The notes: a model not told the origin generated them from the sequence alone. DNA of 58,795 bases, filler included, from Sphacelaria rigidula (GCA_964200075.2; 8 parts of 8 records of this genome joined end to end with filler, not necessarily neighbours in it), one strand, 5' to 3'; numbered from the whole stretch's first letter, positions 11,857 to 24,152 are shown. A program made the numbers and translations.

Positions 11857-12819
11857 CTAAGACGATGCTTGTTGGTCCGGGGTAAGCGTAGAATCATTGG
11901 ATGCTTTGGACAAGGGACCTTCAAGTTCATATCGTGCGCGACTGAGTTCTTTTGCTGATTGAGGGGTATTTGCGACGGCGTTGACACGCAATTGGTCTGG
12001 GGTGACGACTGAAACTGTCAACAAGTGACCGAGACATAAACCAGCAGGTAGGGCAACGCCATCTGAGGACGGGTTAGCGATTTGGACAGCTACCGATCCA
12101 TCAGATGCCTTCCAGGTGGATAGGGTACGTGCGACAATGACTTTCCTGAATGCAGTGAGACTTGGATCGTCTGTCAGTTCGTCGGGAGTAACAATTCGGG
12201 GTTCGACAACGACAGTACAATCTTGTGGAGGGAGACAATCGGTAAACGCTACAGCAAGCGCTTCGTGCATCCGTTTGACATCAATAGCTTCTGCGTCGCT
12301 GTGTATTGCAGCTACTGATGAAGGAGAGTCAGGTGACGCAGAACAAGCGTGGGTATGGACATTGGTATTTTTTCGGTGGACAGCGGGAATTGAGATACCA
12401 GTGGATGCGAAAGTCAGCGATTGATTTTTCCAATCGAGGACTGCACTCAATTCAGACATGACTTGGTTGTCTAAAAGAATGGAGTCGGGACCGAGAGATG
12501 GGACTACGAGTGCATTGATGGTACATGTAGCTCCACCTAAGGTTAATGAAAATTCAATAAACCCCAGGACATAAATGGGGGAACCGTTCGCTGCGTTAAG
12601 GGCCGCGGCTGCAGGGGGGACAGATTTGAGGGGAGTATTGCGGAGAGTGGGGTGGGATTGCACCCACTCCATCGACACAACAGATACATCAGTAGCAGTG
12701 TCGATAGTCACGTTATCAACGTGACAGTCATCGACGAGACCCGCAACGCGGACACGGCGAGACGAAAGAGAGAGAGAGAGAGAGACTTGGGTTTGTGCGC
12801 CAGCGAAGAGCTGTACCAC
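11857..12819 (-). pseudogene. Gypsy aspartic protease region
   Basis: VTIDTATDVSVVS (DTG-like site), AANGSPIYVLG flap and SILLDNQ. The frame appears shifted at the (GA)n tract at ~12767-12786. Confidence 0.75.
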
Positions 12820-13168
12820 ACTTCATCTTCGTTAATATCCTTTTCACCATGCTTCTCCAAACACAAGTGCTCACGAGTAAGTCGTGGCAGGCTACCGACA
12901 GGCACAGCTACATCAGACAAAGCGGAGACAGTTTGTACCACAGAGGTGCGTCGCTTGCGCGACTCGCATGCCGAAGGTAGCAGAGGATTACTGACAGCAT
13001 CTGAAGATGCAACGTCTACATCACGAACACGTTTTACACCCACTCTTGCTCTTGGTTGACACTGACAACTGCTACTGACGTGGAGAGGGATCTCTTCCTC
13101 TTCACGCCTGTACTGTCTAAAACAGCAGACGACCCAACTGAATCAGGCGCAACAACAGCAGGGCAATA

Positions 13169-14332
13169 TCACTCATCGGTATTTCCGTCATCAGGTGGCG
13201 GCGATGGCGATCGTTGAGTGGTCTTGCGTTTCTTCTCCGTCCGTTGACCTTGAAGTTGCTCCTTCTCGAAACGCTTACGCTGGTAACACGTGTCGTACGT
13301 GTGTCCTAATTTCTTCTTACACGGGGCCCACGTACACTTAAGGCGGCCCTTGCTTTTGCCTGAGGTGGGTGTCCCAGCGTTGTGGGGGTCGTTACCCCCC
13401 CGTGCTGCAGGACGGGAATGATTGATGTTGGGGAGGCGGTGGCCTTTCCCTGCGAACTGTTGACGGACAGCAGCACGGTTGGGAATTTGGGTGAAGGACA
13501 GAGCACTGGCAGTGACGCCACCGACAAGGCTTGCGGCCTCATGGCATCGAGCGCGGTCGACGGCTTCACGGAAGGAAGTGACTGGCTTTTCTGACAACTG
13601 TGGACATTGGATAGCTGTGGCGAGGCAGTTTTGCCACAAAATGACAGACAGTGCGGCCCACGGTGTGCGGCCGGGGGTGGCTCTTTCGACACTATGCTCG
13701 AATCGGTTGAGGACGGAGCGAAAGCGAAGTGCATAATTTTGCACTGACTCGTTTTTTTCCATTTTGAAAGAAGCGAGACGAAGGGCACACTCTTCTACAC
13801 TGTTGCTAGGCATTAACAAGTCTAACACAGCGTTTGACAAATCCTTCCAGTTGGAGGGAGGAGTGAATTAATCCGCTTTGTCAGAGGATTCAGTGTTGAC
13901 AGTGACAGTCCGCCAATTAATGCAGCCAGACATTAATTGCTCATACATGGAAGCAGCAGGACCATCGAGAATCGGGCTGAAATATTCGAAGACAACTTCA
14001 TCGCCATACGAAGGATCGTTGGGGCGTACAGACTGAGCCCGGAACCCTGCGACAGTTCTATACTGATTTAGGACAGATTGGACATCCACATCGCCTGAAT
14101 TTCCGACCTGTCCCCTACACACTGCAAGAAAGCGTAACCATGTCAGACCACGACATGTCGCAATCCGCCGACCCCCAAGATCCACCCTACGACCCACGTC
14201 AAGAGGACGAAGAAGAAGAGCAAGAAGCGTCAGCAGCCCCGTCCGTTCTCTGCGACGCGTCCGCACCCGTCCAAGACCTGGTTGCGACCATCGCTTGCGC
14301 CAATCCGGACCTCGATCCTTCCCTCCACTCAC
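13169..14332 (-). pseudogene. Gypsy gag with Cys/His knuckle, interrupted by an in-frame stop
   Basis: ORFs 13868-14332 and 13169-13840 share one frame with TAA at 13868-13870. Capsid-like MEKNESVQNYALRF motif; knuckle CTWAPCKKKLGHTYDTC. Confidence 0.75.
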
Positions 14333-14724
14333 TGCATCCTAAAGTTGACGCCAATATGGGTCACTACACAACAGAAGAATGCCGCCAGAAGGTTATGAGC
14401 CCTCGCCTCTCTGAGACAGCAGAGCGCTCTATCGATTAAGCTGTGACGGTGCGTTGAGGACAGGACAAGATCCCAGAAGAGGGTTGAGGTGTTGAGGGAG
14501 AGACGGGGGGCGAGCAGCGATGACCCGCACCTTGTCTCGGATGACAGACAGACCATAAACCAGTCAAGCTCACAGAATACGCTTGTGGTGTGGTGTACAG
14601 TCAAGCTCACAGAAGGGGAGCTTGNNNNNNNNNNNNNNNNNNNNNNNNNNNNNNNNNNNNNNNNNNNNTTAATTAATTAANNNNNNNNNNNNNNNNNNNN
14701 NNNNNNNNNNNNNNNNNNNNNNNN

Positions 14725-14782
<58 letters not shown>

Positions 14783-14783
<1 letters not shown>

Positions 14784-14880
14784 GTACTCATGATCATGCA
14801 TGCCATAGTCATCAGACCATTGACCTCGCATCCCTACAAAGTCGATACGGAGCACGCCGGGTCTTCGCCGGACCAGGCTC
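14783..14880 (-). repeat. Dispersed structured repeat family B (related to family A)
   Basis: gtactcatgatcatgcatgccatagtcat..gaccattgacctcgcatccctac. Further copies at ~21926-21986, ~37150-37233 and ~58723-58795 (opposite strand). Copies lie next to G/C tracts. Confidence 0.85.
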
Positions 14881-15344
14881 GGGGAGAGGGGAGGGAGGGT
14901 ACGGATCGCGCGGATCGGTGTGCACACAAGCACGATACACGTGGCTTCAAACCAATGGGTTTGATGGTCGCAAGACAAAGAGACGCGGACGCAGTCGGAA
15001 GCGAGGCGACGTCGTGGTCTGAGCGCGTAAGATGTAGCTAAACCGGGTTCCAGCCCTTCGACGCTCATCAACATCTCCAAGGTTGTGTGTTTTAGGGGTA
15101 CGAGCATGCTCGGTAGGGGTATGAGATATCTTGCACAACTCACAGAACTATCGGGGTACCGGTATGGAAGTGTTTGCAGCACTTACTGTGAACAACCCTG
15201 TCGGGGTACGGTATGGAGGCGGTACAAAAGCCCTTACCCGATACCGGGTATTTCCGCAAGGGTATATACCCGTATCCCGGGGAAGGTTGAATTTTTTGTG
15301 CAGGTCTCAGAGAGCTGTCGGGTACCGGTATGCCATCCCATCTA

Positions 15345-15510
15345 ATCTGGACACCAGTCTACAGCTTCCGGCGTATGTAGGCGCATCAGCCGGAATCACA
15401 CAGCCGGAAGGTCAACACACGAGTTTTCTCTTTCATTTTCCTTTCGATTTAGTCCTCCACTTTACTTCTGCTGTGCTTGCCTCAGTTTTTATCTCGAGAG
15501 GGGTTCAGCG
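15345..15510 (+). repeat. Dispersed SINE-like repeat family C
   Basis: ctggac(a/g)ccagtctacacc..cggtatatgtgggcgc..cagccggggtcacacaggaggaagg. Further copies at ~42325-42410 (-), ~44025-44072 (+), ~44455-44525 (-) and 53365-53805 (-, split by a MITE). Confidence 0.75.
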
Positions 15511-16321
15511 GTAATGCGGGGGTATATACCCCGGGTGTACACAAAACTCGTACCTTGCAGAACACAGCCGTACCCTACTGGATACAACCTTGGGGCTAAA
15601 ACCCAGCACTGTACCGCACCACGGTGTGGCCAAATCATAATTCCATTCCCGTGGAATACTGCTCCACGATTATCTGGCATCGTGCCGTACATACGGTGAA
15701 CCACGATTATACGGTGTAGAACGGTCGATTTCCCACATTGGTGAAAACATGTCCCAGATCCAGTAAAAAGGTTCTAGATATCATGTGTGCATGTACTTGA
15801 ACTGAAGAGATTCGTATCTTTTGGGGGTAGGAGCCAGAATGTCTCGGCCGTTCCGGAACACCGGTGTGGAGGGGATGGACCATGCAAACGAGAACCCAGC
15901 CTATCCCGCAACGTGTCGAGACGAGGACGTTTGAGACACGCCGATACATAACAGATTCCACACGGCGGTGCGAGTACATTCGCAAGAGATCCTACTCCTT
16001 CCTAGCTCGCGGCTTTTTGCCGAACCCGCGTATATGTTTTTCGATTCCATTCGTGGATCGCACGACTGCCGGCAAGAGAAGGGCCGATGGAAGTCAATGT
16101 TGTTGACGTGTACGTGCATTAGCTGGACACGAGCACACGCGTACAGTGCACAGCGTTGAGCGAATAAATAATATAAATATACAGGGTCCCTTGCCGGCCT
16201 TCGGTCGGCGGAGGTCCTTTTTTTAGCGGGTGACCCCTGACGCGTTATAAACAGCCAAGCTCTCGTGTTTTGTAGTTGTAGGTGTTTTTGTGTTGACGCA
16301 CAGGCTGAGAAGAGGATTATT

Positions 16322-17360
16322 ATCAGACTTGGAACAAAAAATGGAGGCGCGGGGGAAGCAGTTCATGTCTCGAGTGCAGGACTCAAGTACTATAACTAAT
16401 AGAGTTTGCCTTCGGATCGATACTTTTCACGGATGCTCATCGCCAGCGTTTTTTACCCTCGTGTTTCATCGCCGTCGATACCCATTGGTATAGTCAGCGC
16501 GCATCGAAATGATGAAGCGAGCGGTTCAGCGAGGGCACGAATAGTAACGCGCGACGAATCCGCGCATTGGACGCCTAGCCTCAGCAATTTTCCGGGTTTT
16601 TTTCCGCGGGGACGCGCGAGAAGCATTTCAGTGCGTATCTGCTCAGCCAAATTCATCACATCTCGAGGAACCTCAAGCACACATAAGTGTGGGTGCTGGT
16701 CACATGTTTCCGTCCTTGTCCCCGCCGGCGTAAACCACCTCTAATGTTTTTGTCATGTGGTTGATATACGACATCAACCGACGGGAAACAAAAATGGATC
16801 TGCCGAGGTTCAAGCTCACCTCACCACATTACACCACCAACGAGAAACACAAAACGTGTTATGCCCGGATTTTCTACTGTCCTCAATGCTGTGTTGTGCA
16901 AATCACCACCGCGCGTATCCTCGGCTCACGGGGTCCGTTCTCTACCGCAGACACCCGCTCTATTTCATGGGTGATAAAGACATGCGAAGTACACCGTGTG
17001 AGTGCCGCATTGTGATCAAATAGACTTGAACTAACATTGGGGGCGCTAGGGAAGGAGTTCGTGTCTCAAGTGCAGGACTCAAGTACTCAAAGTCATCGAG
17101 TTTGCCCTCGGATCAAAAGTTTCTACGGACGTTCATCGTCAGCGTGTTTTGCCCGCGTGTTTCGTTGCCGCCGTGATCCATTGATATCGCCAGCGCACAT
17201 CGAAATGATGAAGCGTTTGTTCGAACGGTCGCGAACGCAAGTGTACACCCACACAAAATGTAGCAAGAACCCGCGCACTGGACCCCTAGCACTGGCATTC
17301 GCCCGAACAGTCATTCCCCGACGCGGGTGCGGCGGGATCTGCACACTCATTTCAGCATAA
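16322..17360 (+). repeat. Two diverged direct copies of a ~330-bp repeat
   Basis: 16322-~16650 and 17020-~17360 share gtgcaggactcaagtact, gagtttgcc.tcggatc and catcgaaatgatgaagcg. Confidence 0.75.
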
Positions 17361-17502
17361 ATCGCGTGGACGCCTCCTTACGATAATCGCTTCGCGCTCG
17401 TTCACCCTAAGGATCTTATATATAAGTAAATATGGCAAATATCGAAAGCTGGCGACCTACACATATGAACGCACTGGTAGATGACAGCTCACCAGAACTA
17501 AC

Positions 17503-17641
17503 CCTGAGCAGAAGAATCGGGTACAACCTCTCGGCGAACCACGGTATGACCCCGACAGCACCCACTTTGCCGGTATTGTTGACCATGTTCACGTTGCCCT
17601 CCGTCGACCCGTAGAATTCCACAATTCGCTCGATGCAGTAT
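17503..17641 (-). CDS. FATP / very-long-chain acyl-CoA synthetase, internal exon 3
   Basis: YCIERIVEFYGSTEGNVNMVNNTGKVGAVG (FATP EFYGSTEG motif). AG acceptor at 17642-43, GT donor at 17501-02; 139 nt, phase consistent with exon 2. Confidence 0.9.
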
Positions 17642-18159
17642 CTGCCAAGAATCAGTTTAAAAAAAACAGACGCTATCCGCTGAAAGCACTGGACGAGCAG
17701 TGTGTAGTGGCTGGCTCATGTTTGCCCTTGTGCGTTCAACCATCGATCGGTTCTACGGTACACGAGGGCAACGTTTCTCGGCGAAAACCTCCACCTTAGA
17801 TTTCTAACAATTGATACCCGTACCCGCAGAGCGACCGATTTGTCTTCACGACGTGCACTACTTTCCTCAGCAGCTTACAGAAGAAGCGAACTACTCCGAT
17901 GTACACACATATCCAAACAAGGACACGAGGCAAGCACTAACAATTAAACCTACACAGCGGGGAGATAGTGTCATGTTCGCGAGCGAACGCATACTTGAGG
18001 ACCTGATCGTTCGGAATACCGTACGACCGCCGTTCATGTGCTCCGCTTCAGAGCTGCTGTGAGCATTCTACCTTGACGGTGACACGGGGAGAGGTTCGAG
18101 AAGGCTGGGTTTCACAAAACAAACAGCGTGTTTTTATCTTCTCCTTTTTTTACATTCAC

Positions 18160-18264
18160 CTATTTCGTAGATGTTCCCAAACGTCGGGGCTTAGGCCGTT
18201 TCCGAAGGCGACCCTGATGCAGCACTCCCTATCGAGCTCCGTCTCTCGAGAATTCACAAGATAC
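18160..18264 (-). CDS. FATP / very-long-chain acyl-CoA synthetase, internal exon 2
   Basis: RYLVNSRETELDRECCIRVAFGNGLSPDVWEHLRN (GNGL.PDVW motif). AG/GT ends, 105 nt. Confidence 0.9.
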
Positions 18265-18905
18265 CTGTGTGTGTAGGCATGTACGGCAAACTCTAACCAG
18301 GGTAGACAATACACAAAAAACACACATGTTTCTGTTTCCAGTATTCCAGTATTCCAGTAGTATATGGGAGCACATGTTCATCGGTTCGGTTCGGGTATCG
18401 GCAAGAAGGCAGCGGTAGCGCACACACTACCCGTATTTGTACACACAGCTTTCGTATATTTACTATGGAACCGGAGCTCGAAGAGTAAGGCGGCGCGTGC
18501 GCCGCGCCAAGTTGACAGGGGGGGGTTTAGTGGGTTCAACCCCTCCTTATGCGGCCTTGAGCAATGCTTTCCGAACGCTCGAGGTGCCTACCCCACCTTA
18601 CTGCCGCGAGGCGGTCCAGCCGAGCCTCCGGGTAATCAGCACACGAATCCGCGCGTAGGGTACGTTATGGGTAAGGTTTCCTTATTCCTTCAAGAAAAAG
18701 TAAAGAAAATTCTACAGTACACCTACGGAGAGAGACAGACAAAGACAGAGAGAGGGAGACAGAGACAGAGACAGAGACAGAGAGACAAGGAGATACGGCG
18801 ACAGCTTTTCAGATGCCTCGTACTTGTACATGAACCGTCATGAATGGAGGGGAGGGGGGGGGGGTGTGCACCCTAGAAAAAAATGTCCACATGGCCATCT
18901 CGCAC

Positions 18906-19079
18906 CTCGCCACTTCCCCGATGTACTGCACCACGGTACATCTATTTCGCACACAGTCAGGGGCGAAATGACGAACGCTGAATCGTGCCCGAATAACCAG
19001 GGTGCACCCGGCCTTCCAGCAGCCGCCTACCCCCAGAATACCACCGGACGAGTGGTATAGGGGCAGCGCACAGTACACT
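18906..19079 (-). CDS. FATP / very-long-chain acyl-CoA synthetase, internal exon 1
   Basis: VYCALPLYHSSGGILG...RFSVRHFAPDCVRNRCTVVQYIGEVAR. AG/GT ends, 174 nt. The three exons splice in frame; the rest of the gene was not found in the contig. Confidence 0.9.
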
Positions 19080-19524
19080 CTGTAGCGGGGCCGGAAAACC
19101 GCGTTCAAAATGGACACGGTACACGCCCAAATGAGCACCGACGGCGACAGACGGGGCGGAGCGGGGCGGGGCGAGGGGTGGAAGGGGCGTACTCATATAT
19201 TGCTTGTCTCAGTCGTTTGACTATTGATCACGTATCCCTGTCGAGACGCAGCACCGTTCGTACTCCTAATAGAGATATCTCCAGCATTTGGGCACTCATT
19301 ACGTTTCTTCCACACAATGCTGCGTCGAAAGCCGCTGATCGGAAATCCTGTCTGCCCCTATCAGGTTTTTTATTGTGCCCTTGGTCGGTGGCTCTGCGGT
19401 GACCCCTGGTGCGTATCCGTATTTGCTCTGCTGCCCTGAGATCTTTGGACTTCGTCACTTCTGTAATCTCCTTCCTCCCTGCTTTCCCTTTTCCCCGTAT
19501 TTCTCTCTTTATATATGTGTGTTC

Positions 19525-21373
19525 CACAGGAACCGTAGGTGAGGTACCGTACCGAGCGTATTCCCGGCATTTACCAGGGTATTCCATGCCGTGGTATGCG
19601 TAGGTATCGTAGGTATGAGTATTGATAATACCTGATTGAACGGGTACGGTGGGTATTGGTATCTTGAAATACCGTAGTATCGTAGGTATCGTAGGTATCG
19701 TAGGTATGACATATGAAAATACCTGATTGGACAGGTACGGTAGGTACTGGTATCTCGAAATACCGTGGTAGCGTGTATATCGTAGGTACGACATTTTCAA
19801 AATACCCGATTGGACCGGTATCGGTAGGGTATGAGATGTCCCAAATGCCAGTACCGGGTACCTGCCTTACCCTCTATACCGAATTCAAAATTGTCATCCG
19901 GCAATGCAGAGAAGCGTTCCAGGGCGTGTCTTGGCGAAAAAAATGTATAAAAAAATGTGGCAGTGGAATTGGTTTGAACGAAAATCGCACATTTTTGTCG
20001 AGTATGAATCGAATTCTCAAGCTTTCGATCGAAAAAAGACGGTGAAATTCGTGAAACGGTACGTGGTCACCGGTGCACAGTACAGACAGTCTGTACTGTC
20101 TGCACTGCTTGCAAGCAGTGCGTCTCGAGTGCGCGTGTGCGTGTTTCGTACAGTAGGATATGAAAGAGAAGCGGGCAACGTTCAATGCAGACAGCCCAGG
20201 ACTACCAGTTCTCCCTGCTTACAATTCGACGTGAAAAGGACTTCAACAACGTGCAGCTTTATACTGCCTGCACTGTTCGTGAGCGTATACGCAACTCGGT
20301 TGCTCACCGTACCACGCAGTTCCGTCGCTCATCCTACCATGGAAGAAGATACGCAAGTTTTCGCTGACGAAAAATAAACAAAGCATACCCAACTACTGCA
20401 GGGTATCTGTGCCTGTGCGCTCAACTCGTACTCGATGCTGCAGGGTTGGTATGGTAGCTGAGAATGAGTTGGATGGAGTTAGCATGGCTCTGTGAACGGG
20501 TGGTATCTGGCGTGGTGGTCTGCAAGATAGGAGTCAAGTGCCGCTTCGTGCCTTTCGACCGTATGTTTTCGATCGAAAAAGCTGAGCTTATTCGTTTTGT
20601 AGTTTCTCTCCGCGCGCCACTAATTTCAAACTGGAGTTGAAGCCTCCGAAGAACGGAAATGCGGTGGACTGATCAGGTCGAGAAATCAAAAATCGACCGC
20701 ACTTCAGACTGCATAATAATGACTTCATTCAAATCGATTCAAACACGCAAATCAGGGGGAATCTGGGTATATATCACTTGCGCAAACAAGACGTACCTGG
20801 TCCGACAACTTCTGGCCTTTGCATAACAATTTGGGACCAGCTGCTGCACCGTGGGGAGTGTATCGCGTCTGGTATTACCGTGTATACCCCCGGTATTTAC
20901 CGGGATATCCTATACCGTGGTATGCGTGGGTATTGTAGGTATGAGTTTTGAAAATATCCGATTGAGCGGGTACGGTAGGTACTGGTATCTCGAAATACGG
21001 TGGTATCGTAGGTATCGTAGGTATTGTAGGTATGAGATATGAAATTACCTGCTTGAGCGGGTACGGTAGGTACTGGTATCTCGAAATACCGCGGTATCGT
21101 AGGTATCGTAGGTACGACATTTAGAAATATCCGATTGGGCGGGTACCATAGGTATTGAAATCTCGACATACCGTGGTATCGTGGGTACCGTAGGTATGAG
21201 TTTTGAAAATACCCGATCGAGCGGGTACGGTAGGTATTGAAATCTCGAAATACCGTGGTATCGTGGGTATCGTAGGTATGGCATTTGAAAATAACCGATT
21301 GGACCGGTATCGGTAGGGTATGAGATGTCCCAACTACCGGTACCGGATACCTACCTCACCTACGGTGCCTGTG
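19525..21373. mobile_element. Non-autonomous hAT-like DNA transposon
   Basis: TIRs CACAGG(A/C)ACCGTAGGTGAGGTA at both ends. Exact 8-bp TSD GTGTGTTC at 19517-19524 and 21374-21381. Subterminal GTATCGTAG arrays; no transposase ORF. Confidence 0.9.
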
Positions 21374-21744
21374 GTGTGTTCTTTCCTGCCGGTGTATGCC
21401 AGAGCAGTGTGGTGCCTCGCTTCATTATGTTTGTCCACGGGTGAGGGGGTTCACACCCCAAATTGTGTGGTCGTAGTAGATGAGCCGCAATATATATATA
21501 TATATATTCCCACGGCGTTTCGTTTTTTACGACTGGGTATGAGTGTGGTTCTGCACAAGACCTTTTCCGCCCAAGAAGCCATGTGACAGAGGCCGCTCAT
21601 TACTTTTTCTTCTTTTTCTTTCTATCTACTCCGGAGTATATATTTTCTTCTGTCATACTCTACTCGGTTGCTCTGTTCTACCTTTTCTACTTTTTTTTTT
21701 TCTCTTCACCGAGTGTTTCAGTTTTGTTTTGTCTCGGGTACGTC

Positions 21745-21825
21745 TGTCATGTGACCACCGCTTGATCCCTGGGGGGTCAGGTAAAGTGCGACACTTATAA
21801 TCAATCAAATTAATCAAATCAATAC
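21745..21825 (+). repeat. Retroposon 3'-end family D: GACCCC/GGGGTC hairpin + (ATCA)n tail
   Basis: gatccctggggggtcag.taaagtgcgac...aatcaatc. Further copies at ~49393-49454 (+) and ~43945-43996 (-). Confidence 0.7.
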
Positions 21826-23289
21826 ACGAAAACTATTGACATATTCCATCTCCTCCTTCATGTTTCGCCATCTGTGGCCACCATCTACCGCCGGGGCGCG
21901 CACGGGGCACGCACAGGGGGTGGGTGTACTCATGATCATGCATGCCATAGTCATAAGACCATTGACCTCGCATCCCTACAATGCCGNNNNNNNNNNNNNN
22001 NNNNNNNNNNNNNNNNNNNNNNNNNNNNNNTTAATTAATTAANNNNNNNNNNNNNNNNNNNNNNNNNNNNNNNNNNNNNNNNNNNNAATCATTGTCGCGA
22101 AGTCACAACAAGAGAAGAGTAAATAGTTGTGAAGGGCAGTGTTCTGGACGTCCAGTTTTGGTCAATGAAGCAGGGCAAGAGGTTCAGACGCCGCGCATAG
22201 TGACTTCTGTGGACAGTAGCACCATACCTTTGATCAACCGCAATGCAGCACCGAGAGGATTGACCGTGGCGTGCGTCGCGCGCTCGTGACCGATACAGAT
22301 GGAGACGAGATTTCCGTCGGCTTGTAAATTTGAATTCTTGTAAATTTCACACCACCCCTTGCTCGACCGTCGAAGTGGGGGCGAGTAAGCGTATGTAGGT
22401 TTAGGCAGAGTTGAGTGCAGCGCCATGGAAGAAGAGGGGAGTCTTGGTGAAGGGTGCTGGGTAAGATGGTTGCGATAGTAATCTTCCTTTCATGATCTGT
22501 CGACAGGAATCGTGTCTCACAACCGACTGGGGAACACCGAAAAGATATCACACCTGCGTATACAAGATTCCTGGCGTTGGGTTGGGGTAGGGAGTTTAGG
22601 AGTTTGTGGGGGGGAGGGGAGGGAGGGGTTCATCGTCCTGTCGCATTGAGCATGGTTTCATGGGCGTCCCGGCTGATGAGAATAGACGGCGTCGACGCTT
22701 GTCGTTCGCAACCGATGGTATCACCGTGCGTGGAACACCTACCTGCTCGTGTTCTCGAATTCGATGGAAGGCAATGCACCATTCTGTGGGCCAGAGGGAA
22801 GTGTTTGAAGGAGAGTATCCTAGTCGTTTCCGTGCCGGAATCTTGTGGCCTATCCATGTTGCGTTGAATCCGACTTTTTGATTGAGGGGGGGAAACACAA
22901 ACCCGCAGCTGATCGATTCCAAGACACGAACATTGCCCGTCTTAGTCGTGCCTGACGGACCCCCCCCTCCCCCCCCCGCCACCATGTCGGGCATGATCGA
23001 GGGTTTGTTCCTCGTGCTGGCGCAGCCCGAGGGGGGGGGGGTTATCGCACGACATGGGATCCGCGCGCTCCCACTTTTTCCCCTGTGGCGTAGAGTAACA
23101 AGAGTGCCCACCCGACTTACTTCTCTCCATTCTTCGACGTACTAAATACGACGCGTCACGGGTTCACCTCCACAGGTTACTTCTTCCGAATAAGAGCTTG
23201 TCCTCGGTACTTCTACTACAAAAAGTTCACAAGTCGGGTTGCCCACTTGAACCTCATCTCGAAGTTAAACCTCAATTCGCACAATTTGC

Positions 23290-23540
23290 TGTAATATCTT
23301 CACCCACCTGAACCCATTGCTTTGCTGCTTCTATTGCTATAATCAAGTCATTGATGAATACCTTGAACAAAGTGGATAATAACGTACATTCTTGTGCAAC
23401 TCCTTGTAAGATATCAAAATATTCTTCGATATTTCCCCGATTAGCATCATGGCACTTTTGGCACATTCTGTCATCTTCTTCACCATTCTCCACATCTTTC
23501 CCCTGATCCCAGCTTCCCACAACTTCTTCCACAACCCAGC
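23290..23540 (-). pseudogene. LINE reverse-transcriptase fragment
   Basis: GLWKKLWEAGIRGKMWRMVKKM then, after a frameshift, FDILQGVAQECTLLSTLFKVFINDL (GVxQG..LSP.LF..FINDL motif). Confidence 0.8.
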
Positions 23541-23848
23541 ACCAGCAGGGGGGGGGGTTATTCGCGTCATGCAAACGAGAAGAGCGAGCTTGGGGCTCGC
23601 CATGCTCATGACGAAACTGTCTGCGCCAACGATATGTCGGGATATCGTTCAGATAACTCGCAGGGGTGTCTGCTTGAAGGAGAGCTGGATGCCGAGTTGG
23701 CGGAGTTGCCGTCGGACCAGCGTGTAGCTGTGGACACGCCGTGCATGCTCGAAGCAGCAGGGGTTTGTGACCCGCGTGAAGCAGGTAGGCACAGCCAGCT
23801 TCAGGCTTGTGAAGCTATCAGCGATCACAATTCCTACGGCGACGTCGA

Positions 23849-24152
23849 GCGTTGCACGGGTGGCCACTGGGGTCTGTAATCTGGCCATTTTGGGACCTTA
23901 TCCACCTTTGGTAAGGTCCGCGGATTGGGTAGGCAACTGAGGAGTGTTCGCACAGCATGGACAGGATCGAAACAAAACATGTCCCAGTCTATAGGCGGGT
24001 GACTCCCCTGTAGACTGGAACATGTTTTGTTTCGAACCTGTCCATGCTGTGCGAATGCTCTTCAGCTGTCCACCCAATCCGCGGATCTTACCAAAGGTGG
24101 ATAAGGTCCCAAAAAGGCCAGGTTACAGACCCCAGTGGCCATCCGTGTGCGC
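23849..24152. repeat. Long near-perfect hairpin (~145-bp arms, ~11-nt loop)
   Basis: 23849-23995 is the reverse complement of 24007-24152 apart from about 15 substitutions. Confidence 0.95.

Larger units (their letters stand above)
7363..14624 (-). mobile_element. Ty3/Gypsy LTR retrotransposon (gag-PR-RT-RH-INT-chromodomain), disrupted
   Basis: Domain order PR-RT-RH-INT on the minus strand. Candidate PPT AAGGGGGG at ~8254-8261. LTR limits could not be resolved within the contig. Confidence 0.92.

Noticed and set aside
14725-14781. Long poly-G run as a G-quadruplex element
   Set aside because: It sits at a contig edge and its length is unreliable (possible sequencing or assembly artefact).
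19228-21333. Repetitive YLRYLRY / IPTIPT ORFs
   Set aside because: Translations of the 9-bp GTATCGTAG subterminal arrays.
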